DNA of 64,000 bases. It comes from Auanema rhodensis. Taxonomy: Eukaryota > Animalia > Nematoda. The stretch lies in assembly GCA_964057225.1 (NCBI GenBank), contig OZ059894.1, positions 4,650,001-4,714,000 of the forward strand, given 5' to 3'. A program made the translations under genes and the position numbers. Within the stretch, counting starts at the first letter, position 1. Every line of letters starts with the position of its first letter. Under the pieces are notes generated by a model. That model saw nothing but the letters and a program-made list of their open reading frames with translations, was not told where the DNA came from and ran no database searches. This document shows, one piece after another, positions 10,301 to 23,800 of this stretch.

Positions 10301-13300
10301 GTACATGGAAACTCAACATACACTAATGCATCATTTTTCAAACGATCATAACTAATTTTTGTATTAAGCGTTTTTCAATGTAGTATAGTGCATTCGATGC
10401 GGATTTTTAAGCTGCGTCGATCTGTGTTATCAGATTTGCGCTAGCTTAAAAATGCACCGAGATATCAACTGATATAAGTTCACACTTATATCCTCGATTT
10501 TCACCCTGAAGAATTAATTTTTTCGTTGAATAACATTGTCTATCGTCTTTGCCTTGAAAAATGGAATCTAAAAACATCTACTTTTTGCTAAATTATTTTG
10601 AAATTTTTCGAAAAAATTTTTGTCAAAATGTTTTTGGAAGCAATGTTGAGTGTACATGGAAACTCAACATACACTATTGCATCATTTTTCTAACGATCAT
10701 AACTAATTTTTGTATTAAGCTTTTCTCAATGTAGTATAGTGCATTCGATGCGGATTTTTAAGCTGCGTCGATCTGTGTTATCAGATTTGCGCTAGCTTAA
10801 AAATGCACCGAGATATCAACTGATATAAGTTCACACTTATATCCTCGATTTTCACCCTGAAGAATTAATTTTCTCGTTGAATAACATTGTCCATCGTCTT
10901 TGCCTTGAAAAAAGGAATCTAAAAACATCTACTTTTTGCTAAATTATTTTGAAATTTTCCGAAAAAATTTTTGTCAAAATGTTTTTGGAAGCAATGTTGA
11001 GTGTACATGGAAACTCAACATACACTAATGCATCATTTTTCAAACGATCATAACTAATTTTTGTATTGAGCGTTTTTCAATGTAATATAGTGCATTCGAT
11101 GCGGATTTTTAAGCTGCGTCGATCTGTGTTATCAGATTTGCGCTAGCTTAAAAATGCACCGAGATATCAACTGATATAAGTTCACACTTATATCCTCGAT
11201 TTTCACCCTGAAGAAATAATTTTTTCGTTGAATAACATTGTCCATCGTCTTTGCCTTGAAAAAAGGAATCTAAAAACATCTACTTTTTGCTAAATTATTT
11301 TGAAATTTTTCGAAAAAATTTTTGTCAAAATTTTTTGGAAGCAATGTTGAGTGTACATGGAAACTCAACATACACTAATGCATCATTTTTCAAACGATCA
11401 TAACTAATTTTTGTATTAATCGTTTTTCAATGTAGTATAGTGCATTCGATGCGGATTTTTAAGCTGCGTCGATCTGTGTTATCAGATTTGCTCTAGCTTA
11501 AAAATGCACCGAGATATCAACTGATATAAGTTCACACTTATATCCTCGATTTTCACCCTGAAGAAATAATTTTTTCGTTGAATAACATTGTCCATCGTCT
11601 TTGCCTTGAAAAAAGGAATCTAAAAACATCTACTTTTTGCTAAATTATTTTGAAATTTTTCGAAAAAATTTTTGTCAAAATTTTTTGGAAGCAATGTTGA
11701 GTGTACATGGAAACTCAACATACACTAATGCATCATTTTTCAAACGATCATAACTAATTTTTGTATTAATCGTTTTTCAATGTAGTATAGTGCATTCGAT
11801 GCGGATTTTTAAGCTGCGTCGATCTGTGTTATCAGATTTGCTCTAGCTTAAAAATGCACCGAGATATCAACTGATATAAGTTCACACTTATATCCTCGAT
11901 TTTCACCCTGAAGAATTAATTTTCTCGTTGAATAACATTGTCCATCGTCTTTGCCTTGAAAAAAGGAATCTAAAAACATCTACTTTTTGCTAAATTATCT
12001 TGAAATTTTCCGAAAAAATTTTTGTCAAAATGTTTTTGGAAGCAATGTTGAGTGTACATGGAAACTCAACATACACTAATGCATCATTTTTCAAACGATC
12101 ATAACTAATTTTTGTATTGAGCGTTTTTCAATGTAGTATAGTGCATTCGATGCGGATTTTTAAGCTGCGTCGATCTGTGTTATCAGATTTGCGCTAGCTT
12201 AAAAATGCACCGAGATATCAACTGATATAAGTTCACACTTATATCCTCGATTTTCACCCTGAAGAAATAATTTTTTCGTTGAATAACATTGTCCATCGTC
12301 TTTGCCTTGAAAAAAGGAATCTAAAAACATCTACTTTTTGCTAAATTATTTTGAAATTTTTCGAAAAAATTTTTGTCAAAATTTTTTGGAAGCAATGTTG
12401 AGTGTACATGGAAACTCAACATACACTAATGCATCATTTTTCAAACGATCATAACTAATTTTTGTATTAATCGTTTTTCAATGTAGTATAGTGCATTCGA
12501 TGCGGATTTTTAAGCTGCGTCGATCTGTGTTATCAGATTTGCTCTAGCTTAAAAATGCACCGAGATATCAACTGATATAAGTTCACACTTATATCCTCGA
12601 TTTTCATCCTGAAGAATTAATTTTTTCGTTGAATAACATTGTCCATCGTCTTTGCCTTGAAAAATCGAATCTAAAAACATCTACTTTTTGCTAAATTATT
12701 TTGAAATTTTCCGAAAAAATTTTTGTCAAAATGTTTTTGGAAGCAATGTTGAGTGTACATGGAAACTCAACATACACTAATGCATCATTTTTCAAACGAT
12801 CATAACTAATTTTTGTATTAAGCGTTTTTCAATGTAGTATAGTGCATTCGATGCGGATTTTTAAGCTGCGTCGATCTGTGTTATCAGATTTGCGCTAGCT
12901 TAAAAATGCACCGAGATATCAACTGATATAAGTTCACACTTATATCCTCGATTTTCACCCTGAAGAATTAATTTTTTCGTTGAATAACATTGTCTATCGT
13001 CTTTGCCTTGAAAAATGGAATCTAAAAACATCTACTTTTTGCTAAATTATTTTGAAATTTTTCGAAAAAATTTTTGTCAAAATGTTTTTGGAAGCAATGT
13101 TGAGTGTACATGGAAACTCAACATACACTATTGCATCATTTTTCTAACGATCATAACTAATTTTTGTATTAAGCTTTTCTCAATGTAGTATAGTGCATTC
13201 GATGCGGATTTTTAAGCTGCGTCGATCTGTGTTATCAGATTTGCGCTAGCTTAAAAATGCACCGAGATATCAACTGATATAAGTTCACACTTATATCCTC

Positions 13301-16300
13301 GATTTTCACCCTGAAGAATTAATTTTTTCGTTGAATAACATTGTCTATCGTCTTTGCCTTGAGAAATGGAATCTAAAAACATCTACTTTTTGCTAAATTA
13401 TTTTGAAATTTTTCGAAAAAATTTTTGTCAAAATGTTTTTGGAAGCAATGTTGAGTGTACATGGAAACTCAACATACACTAATGCATCATTTTTCAAACG
13501 ATCATAACTAATTTTTGTATCAAGCGTTTTTCAATGTAGTATAGTGCATTCGATGCGGATTTTTAAGCTGCGTCGATCTGTGTTATCAGATTTGCGCTAG
13601 CTTAAAAATGCACCGAGATATCAACTGATATAAGTTCACACTTATATCCTCGATTTTCACCCTGAAGAATTAATTTTCTCGTTGAATAACATTGTCCATC
13701 GTCTTTGCCTTGAAAAAAGGAATCTAAAAACATCTACTTTTTGCTAAATTATTTTGAAATTTTTCGAAAAAAGTTTTGTCAAAATGTTTTTGGAAGCAAT
13801 GTTGAGTGTACATGGAAACTCAACATACACTAATGCATCATTTTTCAAACGATCATAACTAATTTTTGTATTAAGCGTTTCTCAATGTAGTAAAGTGCAT
13901 TCGATGCGGATTTTTAAGCTGCGTCGATCTGTGTTATCAGATTTGCGCTAGCTTAAAAATGCACCGAGATATCAACTGATATAAGTTCACACTTATATCC
14001 TCGATTTTCACCCTGAAGAATTAATTTTTTCGTTGAATAACATTGTCTATCGTCTTTGCCTTGAGAAATGGAATCTAAAAACATCTACTTTTTGCTAAAT
14101 TATTTTGAAATTTTTCGAAAAAATTTTTGTCAAAATGTTTTTGGAAGCTATGTTGAGTGTACATGGAAACTCAACATACACTAATGCATCATTTTTCAAA
14201 CGATCATAACTAATTTTTGTATTAAGCGTTTTTCAATGTAGTATAGTGCATTCGATGCGGATTTTTAAGCTGCGTCGATCTGTGTTATCAGATTTGCGCT
14301 AGCTTAAAAATGCACCGAGATATCAACTGATATAAGTTCACACTTATATCCTCGATTTTCACCCTGAAGAAATAATTTTTTCGTTGAATAACATTGTCCA
14401 TCGTCTTTGCCTTGAAAAAAGGAATCTAAAAACATCTACTTTTTGCTAAATTATTTTGAAATTTTTCGAAAAAATTTTTGTCAAAATTTTTTGGAAGCAA
14501 TGTTGAGTGTACATGGAAACTCAACATACACTAATGCATCATTTTTCAAACGATCATAACTAATTTTTGTATTAAGCGTTTTTCAATGTAGTATAGTGCA
14601 TTCGATGCGGATTTTTAAGCTGCGTCGATCTGTGTTATCAGATTTGCGCTAGCTTAAAAATGCACCGAGATATCAACTGATATAAGTTCACACTTATATC
14701 CTCGATTTTCATCCTGAAGAATTAATTTTTTCGTTGAATAACATTGTCTATCGTCTTTGCCTTGAAAAATCGAATCTAAAAACATCTACTTTTCGCTAAA
14801 TTATTTTGAAATTTTTCGAAAAAATTTTTGTCAAAATGTTTTTGGAAGCAATGTTGAGTGTACATGGAAACTCAACATACACTAATGCATCATTTTTCAA
14901 ACGATCATAACTAATTTTTGTATCAAGCTTTTTTCAATGTAGTATAGTGCATTTGATGCGGATTTTTAAGCTGCGTCGATCTGTGTTATCAGATTTGCGC
15001 TAGCTTAAAAATGCACCGAGATATCAACTGATATAAGTTCACACTTATATCCTCGATTTTCACCCTGAAGAATTAATTTTCTCGTTGAATAACATTGTCC
15101 ATCGTCTTTGCCTTGAAAAAAGGAATCTAAAAACATCTACTTTTTGCTAAATTATTTTGAAATTTTCCGAAAAAATTTTTGTCAAAATGTTTTTGGAAGC
15201 AATGTTGAGTGTATATGGAAACTCAACATACACTAATGCATCATTTTTCAAACGATCATAACTAATTTTTGTATTGAGCGTTTTTCAATGTAGTATAGTG
15301 CATTCGATGCGGATTTTTAAGCTGCGTCGATCTGTGTTATCAGATTTGCGCTAGCTTAAAAATGCACCGAGATATCAACTGATATAAGTTCACACTTATA
15401 TCCTCGATTTTCACCCTGAAGAAATAATTTTTTCGTTGAATAACATTGTCCATCGTCTTTGCCTTGAAAAAAGGAATCTAAAAACATCTACTTTTTGCTA
15501 AATTATTTTGAAATTTTTCGAAAAAATTTTTGTCAAAATTTTTTGGAAGCAATGTTGAGTGTACATGGAAACTCAACATACACTAATGCATCATTTTTCA
15601 AACGATCATAACTAATTTTTGTATTAATCGTTTTTCAATGTAGTATAGTGCATTCGATGCGGATTTTTAAGCTGCGTCGATCTGTGTTATCAGATTTGCT
15701 CTAGCTTAAAAATGCACCGAGATATCAACTGATATAAGTTCACACTTATATCCTCGATTTTCACCCTGAAGAAATAATTTTTTCGTTGAATAACATTGTC
15801 CATCGTCTTTGCCTTGAAAAAAGGAATCTAAAAACATCTACTTTTTGCTAAATTATTTTGAAATTTTTCGAAAAAATTTTTGTCAAAATTTTTTGGAAGC
15901 AATGTTGAGTGTACATGGAAACTCAACATACACTAATGCATCATTTTTCAAACGATCATAACTAATTTTTGTATTAATCGTTTTTCAATGTAGTATAGTG
16001 CATTCGATGCGGATTTTTAAGCTGCGTCGATCTGTGTTATCAGATTTGCTCTAGCTTAAAAATGCACCGAGATATCAACTGATATAAGTTCACACTTATA
16101 TCCTCGATTTTCACCCTGAAGAATTAATTTTCTCGTTGAATAACATTGTCCATCGTCTTTGCCTTGAAAAAAGGAATCTAAAAACATCTACTTTTTGCTA
16201 AATTATCTTGAAATTTTCCGAAAAAATTTTTGTCAAAATGTTTTTGGAAGCAATGTTGAGTGTACATGGAAACTCAACATACACTAATGCATCATTTTTC

Positions 16301-17885
16301 AAACGATCATAACTAATTTTTGTATTGAGCGTTTTTCAATGTAGTATAGTGCATTCGATGCGGATTTTTGAGCTGCGTCGATCTGTGTTATCAGATTTGC
16401 GCTAGCTTAAAAATGCACCGAGATATCAACTGATATAAGTTCACACTTATATCCTCGATTTTCACCCTGAAGAAATAATTTTTTCGTTGAATAACATTGT
16501 CCATCGTCTTTGCCTTGAAAAAAGGAATCTAAAAACATCTACTTTTTGCTAAATTATTTTGAAATTTTCCGAAAAAATTTTTGTCAAAATGTTTTGGAAG
16601 CAATGTTGAGTGTACATGGAAACTCAACATACACTAATGCATCATTTTTCAAACGATCATAACTAATTTTTGTATTAAGCGTTTTTCAATGTAGTATAGT
16701 GCATTCGATGCGGATTTTTAAGCTGCGTCGATCTGTGTTATCAGATTTGCTCTAGCTTAAAAATGCACCGAGATATCAACTGATATAAGTTCACACTTAT
16801 ATCCTCGATTTTCATCCTGAAGAATTAATTTTTTCGTTGAATAACATTGTCCATCGTCTTTGCCTTGAAAAATCGAATCTAAAAACATCTACTTTTTGCT
16901 AAATTATTTTGAAATTTTCCGAAAAAATTTTTGTCAAAATGTTTTTGGAAGCAATGTTGAGTGTACATGGAAACTCAACATACACTAATGCATCATTTTT
17001 CAAACGATCATAACTAATTTTTGTATTAAGCGTTTTTCAATGTAGTATAGTGCATTCGATGCGGATTTTTAAGCTGCGTCGATCTGTGTTATCAGATTTG
17101 CGCTAGCTTAAAAATGCACCGAGATATCAACTGATATAAGTTCACACTTATATCCTCGATTTTCACCCTGAAGAATTAATTTTTTCGTTGAATAACATTG
17201 TCAATCGTCTTTGCCTTGAAAAATGGAATCTAAAAACATCTACTTTTTGCTAAATTATTTTGAAATTTTTCGAAAAAATTTTTGTCAAAATGTTTTTGGA
17301 AGCAATGTTGAGTGTACATGGAAACTCAACATACACTATTGCATCATTTTTCTAACGATCATAACTAATTTTTGTATTAAGCTTTTCTCAATGTAGTATA
17401 GTGCATTCGATGCGGATTTTTAAGCTGCGTCGATCTGTGTTATCAGATTTGCGCTAGCTTAAAAATGCACCGAGATATCAACTGATATAAGTTCACACAT
17501 ATATCCTCGATTTTCACCCTGAAGAATTAATTTTCTCGTTGAATAACATTGTCCATCGTCTTTGCCTTGAAAAATCGAATCTAAAAACATCTACTTTTTG
17601 CTAAATTATTTTGAAATTTTCCGAAAAAATTTTTGTCAAAATGTTTTTGGAAGCAATGTTGAGTGTACATGGAAACTCAACATACACTAATGCATCATTT
17701 TTCAAACGATCATAACTAATTTTTGTATTAAGCGTTTTTCAATGTAGTATAGTGCATTCGATGCGGATTTTTAAGCTGCGTCGATCTGTGTTATCAGATT
17801 TGCGCTAGCTTAAAAATGCACCGAGATATCAACTGATATAAGTTCACACTTATATCCTCGATTTTCACCCTGAAGAATTAATTTT

Positions 17886-20800
17886 TTCGTTGAATAACAT
17901 TGTCTATCGTCTTTGCCTTGAAAAATGGAATCTAAAAACATCTACTTTTTGCTAAATTATTTTGAAATTTTTCGAAAAAATTTTTGTCAAAATGTTTTTG
18001 GAAGCAATGTTGAGTGTACATGGAAACTCAACATACACTATTGCATCATTTTTCTAACGATCATAACTAATTTTTGTATTAAGCTTTTCTCAATGTAGTA
18101 TAGTGCATTCGATGCGGATTTTTAAGCTGCGTCGATCTGTGTTATCAGATTTGCGCTAGCTTAAAAATGCACCGAGATATCAACTGATATAAGTTCACAC
18201 TTATATCCTCGATTTTCACCCTGAAGAATTAATTTTCTCGTTGAATAACATTGTCCATCGTCTTTGCCTTGAAAAAAGGAATCTAAAAACATCTACTTTT
18301 TGCTAAATTATTTTGAAATTTTCCGAAAAAATTTTTGTCAAAATGTTTTTGGAAGCAATGTTGAGTGTACATGGAAACTCAACATACACTAATGCATCAT
18401 TTTTCAAACGATCATAACTAATTTTTGTATTAAGCGTTTTTCAATGTAGTATAGTGCATTCGATGCGGATTTTTAAGCTGCGTCGATCTGTGTTATCAGA
18501 TTTGCGCTAGCTTAAAAATGCACTGAGATATCAACTGATATAAATTCACACTTATATCCTCGATTTTCACCCTGAAGAAATAATTTTTTCGTTGAATAAC
18601 ATTGTCCATCGTCTTTGCCTTGAAAAAAGGAATCTAAAAACATCTACTTTTTGCTAAATTATTTTGAAATTTTTCGAAAAAATTTTTGTCAAAATTTTTT
18701 GGAAGCAATGTTGAGTGTACATGGAAACTCAACATACACTAATGCATCATTTTTCAAACGATCATAACTAATTTTTGTATTAAGCGTTTTTCAATGTAGT
18801 GTAGTGCATTCGATGCGGATTTTTAAGCTGCGTCGATCTGTGTTATCAGATTTGCTCTAGCTTAAAAATGCACCGAGATATCAACTGATATAAGTTCACA
18901 CTTATATCCTCGATTTTCATCCTGAAGAATTAATTTTTTCGTTGAATAACATTGTCCATCGTCTTTGCCTTGAAAAATCGAATCTAAAAACATCTACTTT
19001 TCGCTAAATTATTTTGAAATTTTTCGAAAAAATTTTTGTCAAAATGTTTTTGGAAGCAATGTTGAGTGTACATGGAAACTCAACATACACTAATGCATCA
19101 TTTTTCAAACGATCATAACTAATTTTTGTATCAAGCGTTTTTCAATGTAGTATAGTGCATTCGATGCGGATTTTTAAGCTGCGTCGATCTGTGTTATCAG
19201 ATTTGCGCTAGCTTAAAAATGCACCGAGATATCAACTGATATAAGTTCACACTTATATCCTCGATTTTCACCCTGAAGAATTAATTTTCTCGTTGAATAA
19301 CATTGTCCATCGTCTTTGCCTTGAAAAAAGGAATCTAAAAACATCTACTTTTTGCTAAATTATTTTGAAATTTTTCGAAAAAAGTTTTGTCAAAATGTTT
19401 TTGGAAGCAATGTTGAGTGTACATGGAAACTCAACATACACTAATGCATCATTTTTCAAACGATCATAACTAATTTTTGTATTAAGCTTTTCTCAATGTA
19501 GTATAGTGCATTCGATGCGGATTTTTAAGCTGCGTCGATCTGTGTTATCAGATTTGCGCTAGCTTAAAAATGCACCGAGATATCAACTGATATAAGTTCA
19601 CACTTATATCCTCGATTTTCACCCTGAAGAATTAATTTTTTCGTTGAATAACATTGTCTATCGTCTTTGCCTTGAAAAATGGAATCTAAAAACATCTACT
19701 TTCTGCTAAATTATTTTGAAATTTTTCGAAAAAATTTTTGTCAAAATGTTTTTGGAAGCAATGTTGAGTGTACATGGAAACTCAACATACACTTATGCAT
19801 CATTTTTCTAACGATCATAACTAATTTTTGTATTAAGCTTTTCTCAATGTAGTATAGTGCATTCGATGCGGATTTTTAAGCTGCGTCGATCTGTGTTATC
19901 AGATTTGCGCTAGCTTAAAAATGCACCGAGATATCAACTGATATAAGTTCACACTTATATCCTCGATTTTCACCCTGAAGAATTAATTTTCTCGTTGAAT
20001 AACATTGTCCATCGTCTTTGCCTTGAAAAATCGAATCTAAAAACATCTACTTTTTGCTAAATTATTTTGAAATTTTCCGAAAAAATTTTTGTCAAAATGT
20101 TTTTGGAAGCAATGTTGAGTGTACATGGAAACTCAACATACACTAATGCATCATTTTTCAAACGATCATAACTAATTTTTGTATTAAGCGTTTTTCAATG
20201 TAGTATAGTGCATTCGATGCGGATTTTTAAGCTGCGTCGATCTGTGTTATCAGATTTGCGCTAGCTTAAAAATGCACCGAGATATCAACTGATATAAGTT
20301 CACACTTATATCCTCGATTTTCACCCTGAAGAATTAATTTTCTCGTTGAATAACATTGTCCATCGTCTTTGCCTTGAAAAAAGGAATCTAAAAACATCTA
20401 CTTTTTGCTAAATTATTTTGAAATTTTTCGAAAAAAGTTTTGTCAAAATGTTTTTGGAAGCAATGTTGAGTGTACATGGAAACTCAACATACACTAATGC
20501 ATCATTTTTCAAACGATCATAACTAATTTTTGTATTAAGCTTTTCTCAATGTAGTATAGTGCATTCGATGCGGATTTTTAAGCTGCGTCGATCTGTGTTA
20601 TCAGATTTGCGCTAGCTTAAAAATGCACCGAGATATCAATTGATATAAGTTCACACTTATATCCTCGATTTTCACCCTGAAGAATTAATTTTTTCGTTGA
20701 ATAACATTGTCTATCGTCTTTGCCTTGAAAAATGGAATCTAAAAACATCTACTTTTTGCTAAATTATTTTGAAATTTTTCGAAAAAATTTTTGTCAAAAT

Positions 20801-23800
20801 GTTTTTGGAAGCAATGTTGAGTGTACATGGAAACTCAACATACACTATTGCATCATTTTTCTAACGATCATAACTAATTTTTGTATTAAGCTTTTCTCAA
20901 TGTAGTATAGTGCATTCGATGCGGATTTTTAAGCTGCGTCGATCTGTGTTATCAGATTTGCGCTAGCTTAAAAATGCACCGAGATATCAACTGATATAAG
21001 TTCACACTTATATCCTCGATTTTCACCCTGAAGAATTAATTTTCTCGTTGAATAACATTGTCCATCGTCTTTGCCTTGAAAAAAGGAATCTAAAAACATC
21101 TACTTTTTGCTAAATTATTTTGAAATTTTCCGAAAAAATTTTTGTCAAAATGTTTTTGGAAGCAATGTTGAGTGTACATGGAAACTCAACATACACTAAT
21201 GCATCATTTTTCAAACGATCATAACTAATTTTTGTATTAAGCGTTTTTCAATGTAGTATAGTGCATTCGATGCGGATTTTTAAGCTGCGTCGATCTGTGT
21301 TATCAGATTTGCGCTAGCTTAAAAATGCACTGAGATATCAACTGATATAAATTCACACTTATATCCTCGATTTTCACCCTGAAGAAATAATTTTTTCGTT
21401 GAATAACATTGTCCATCGTCTTTGCCTTGAAAAAAGGAATCTAAAAACATCTACTTTTTGCTAAATTATTTTGAAATTTTTCGAAAAAATTTTTGTCAAA
21501 ATTTTTTGGAAGCAATGTTGAGTGTACATGGAAACTCAACATACACTAATGCATCATTTTTCAAACGATCATAACTAATTTTTGTATTAAGCGTTTTTCA
21601 ATGTAGTGTAGTGCATTCGATGCGGATTTTTAAGCTGCGTCGATCTGTGTTATCAGATTTGCTCTAGCTTAAAAATGCACCGAGATATCAACTGATATAA
21701 GTTCACACTTATATCCTCGATTTTCATCCTGAAGAATTAATTTTTTCGTTGAATAACATTGTCCATCGTCTTTGCCTTGAAAAATCGAATCTAAGAACAT
21801 CTACTTTTCGCTAAATTATTTTGAAATTTTTCGAAAAAATTTTTGTCAAAATGTTTTTGGAAGCAATGTTGAGTGTACATGGAAACTCAACATACACTAA
21901 TGCATCATTTTTCAAACGATCATAACTAATTTTTTTATCAAGCGTTTTTCAATGTAGTATAGTGCATTCGATGCGGATTTTTAAGCTGCGTCGATCTGTG
22001 TTATCAGATTTGCGCTAGCTTAAAAATGCACCGAGATATCAACTGATATAAGTTCACACTTATATCCTCGATTTTCACCCTGAAGAATTAATTTTCTCGT
22101 TGAATAACATTGTCCATCGTCTTTGCCTTGAAAAAAGGAATCTAAAAACATCTACTTTTTGCTAAATTATTTTGAAATTTTTCGAAAAAAGTTTTGTCAA
22201 AATGTTTTTGGAAGCAATGTTGAGTGTACATGGAAACTCAACATACACTAATGCATCATTTTTCAAACGATCATAACTAATTTTTGTATTAAGCTTTTCT
22301 CAATGTAGTATAGTGCATTCGATGCGGATTTTTAAGCTGCGTCGATCTGTGTTATCAGATTTGCGCTAGCTTAAAAATGCACCGAGATATCAATTGATAT
22401 AAGTTCACACTTATATCCTCGATTTTCACCCTGAAGAATTAATTTTTTCGTTGAATAACATTGTCTATCGTCTTTGCCTTGAAAAATGGAATCTAAAAAC
22501 ATCTACTTTTTGCTAAATTATTTTGAAATTTTTCGAAAAAATTTTTGTCAAAATGTTTTTGGAAGCAATGTTGAGTGTACATGGAAACTCAACATACACT
22601 ATTGCATCATTTTTCTAACGATCATAACTAATTTTTGTATTAAGCTTTTCTCAATGTAGTATAGTGCATTCGATGCGGATTTTTAAGCTGCGTCGATCTG
22701 TGTTATCAGATTTGCGCTAGCTTAAAAATGCACCGAGATATCAACTGATATAAGTTCACACTTATATCCTCGATTTTCACCCTGAAGAATTAATTTTCTC
22801 GTTGAATAACATTGTCCATCGTCTTTGCCTTGAAAAAAGGAATCTAAAAACATCTACTTTTTGCTAAATTATTTTGAAATTTTCCGAAAAAATTTTTGTC
22901 AAAATGTTTTTGGAAGCAATGTTGAGTGTACATGGAAACTCAACATACACTAATGCATCATTTTTCAAACGATCATAACTAATTTTTGTATTAAGCGTTT
23001 TTCAATGTAGTATAGTGCATTCGATGCGGATTTTTAAGCTGCGTCGATCTGTGTTATCAGATTTGCGCTAGCTTAAAAATGCACTGAGATATCAACTGAT
23101 ATAAATTCACACTTATATCCTCGATTTTCACCCTGAAGAAATAATTTTTTCGTTGAATAACATTGTCCATCGTCTTTGCCTTGAAAAAAGGAATCTAAAA
23201 ACATCTACTTTTTGCTAAATTATTTTGAAATTTTTCGAAAAAATTTTTGTCAAAATTTTTTGGAAGCAATGTTGAGTGTACATGGAAACTCAACATACAC
23301 TAATGCATCATTTTTCAAACGATCATAACTAATTTTTGTATTAAGCTTTTCTCAATGTAGTATAGTGCATTCGATGCGGATTTTTAAGCTGCGTCGATCT
23401 GTGTTATCAGATTTGCGCTAGCTTAAAAATGCACCGAGATATCAACTGATATAAGTTCACACTTATATCCTCGATTTTCACCCTGAAGAATTAATTTTCT
23501 CGTTGAATAACATTGTCCATCGTCTTTGCCTTGAAAAAAGGAATCTAAAAACATCTACTTTTTGCTAAATTATTTTGAAATTTTTCGAAAAAAGTTTTGT
23601 CAAAATGTTTTTGGAAGCAATGTTGAGTGTACATGGAAACTCAACATACACTAATGCATCATTTTTCAAACGATCATAACTAATTTTTGTATTAAGCTTT
23701 TCTCAATGTAGTATAGTGCATTCGATGCGGATTTTTAAGCTGCGTCGATCTGTGTTATCAGATTTGCGCTAGCTTAAAAATGCACCGAGATATCAATTGA

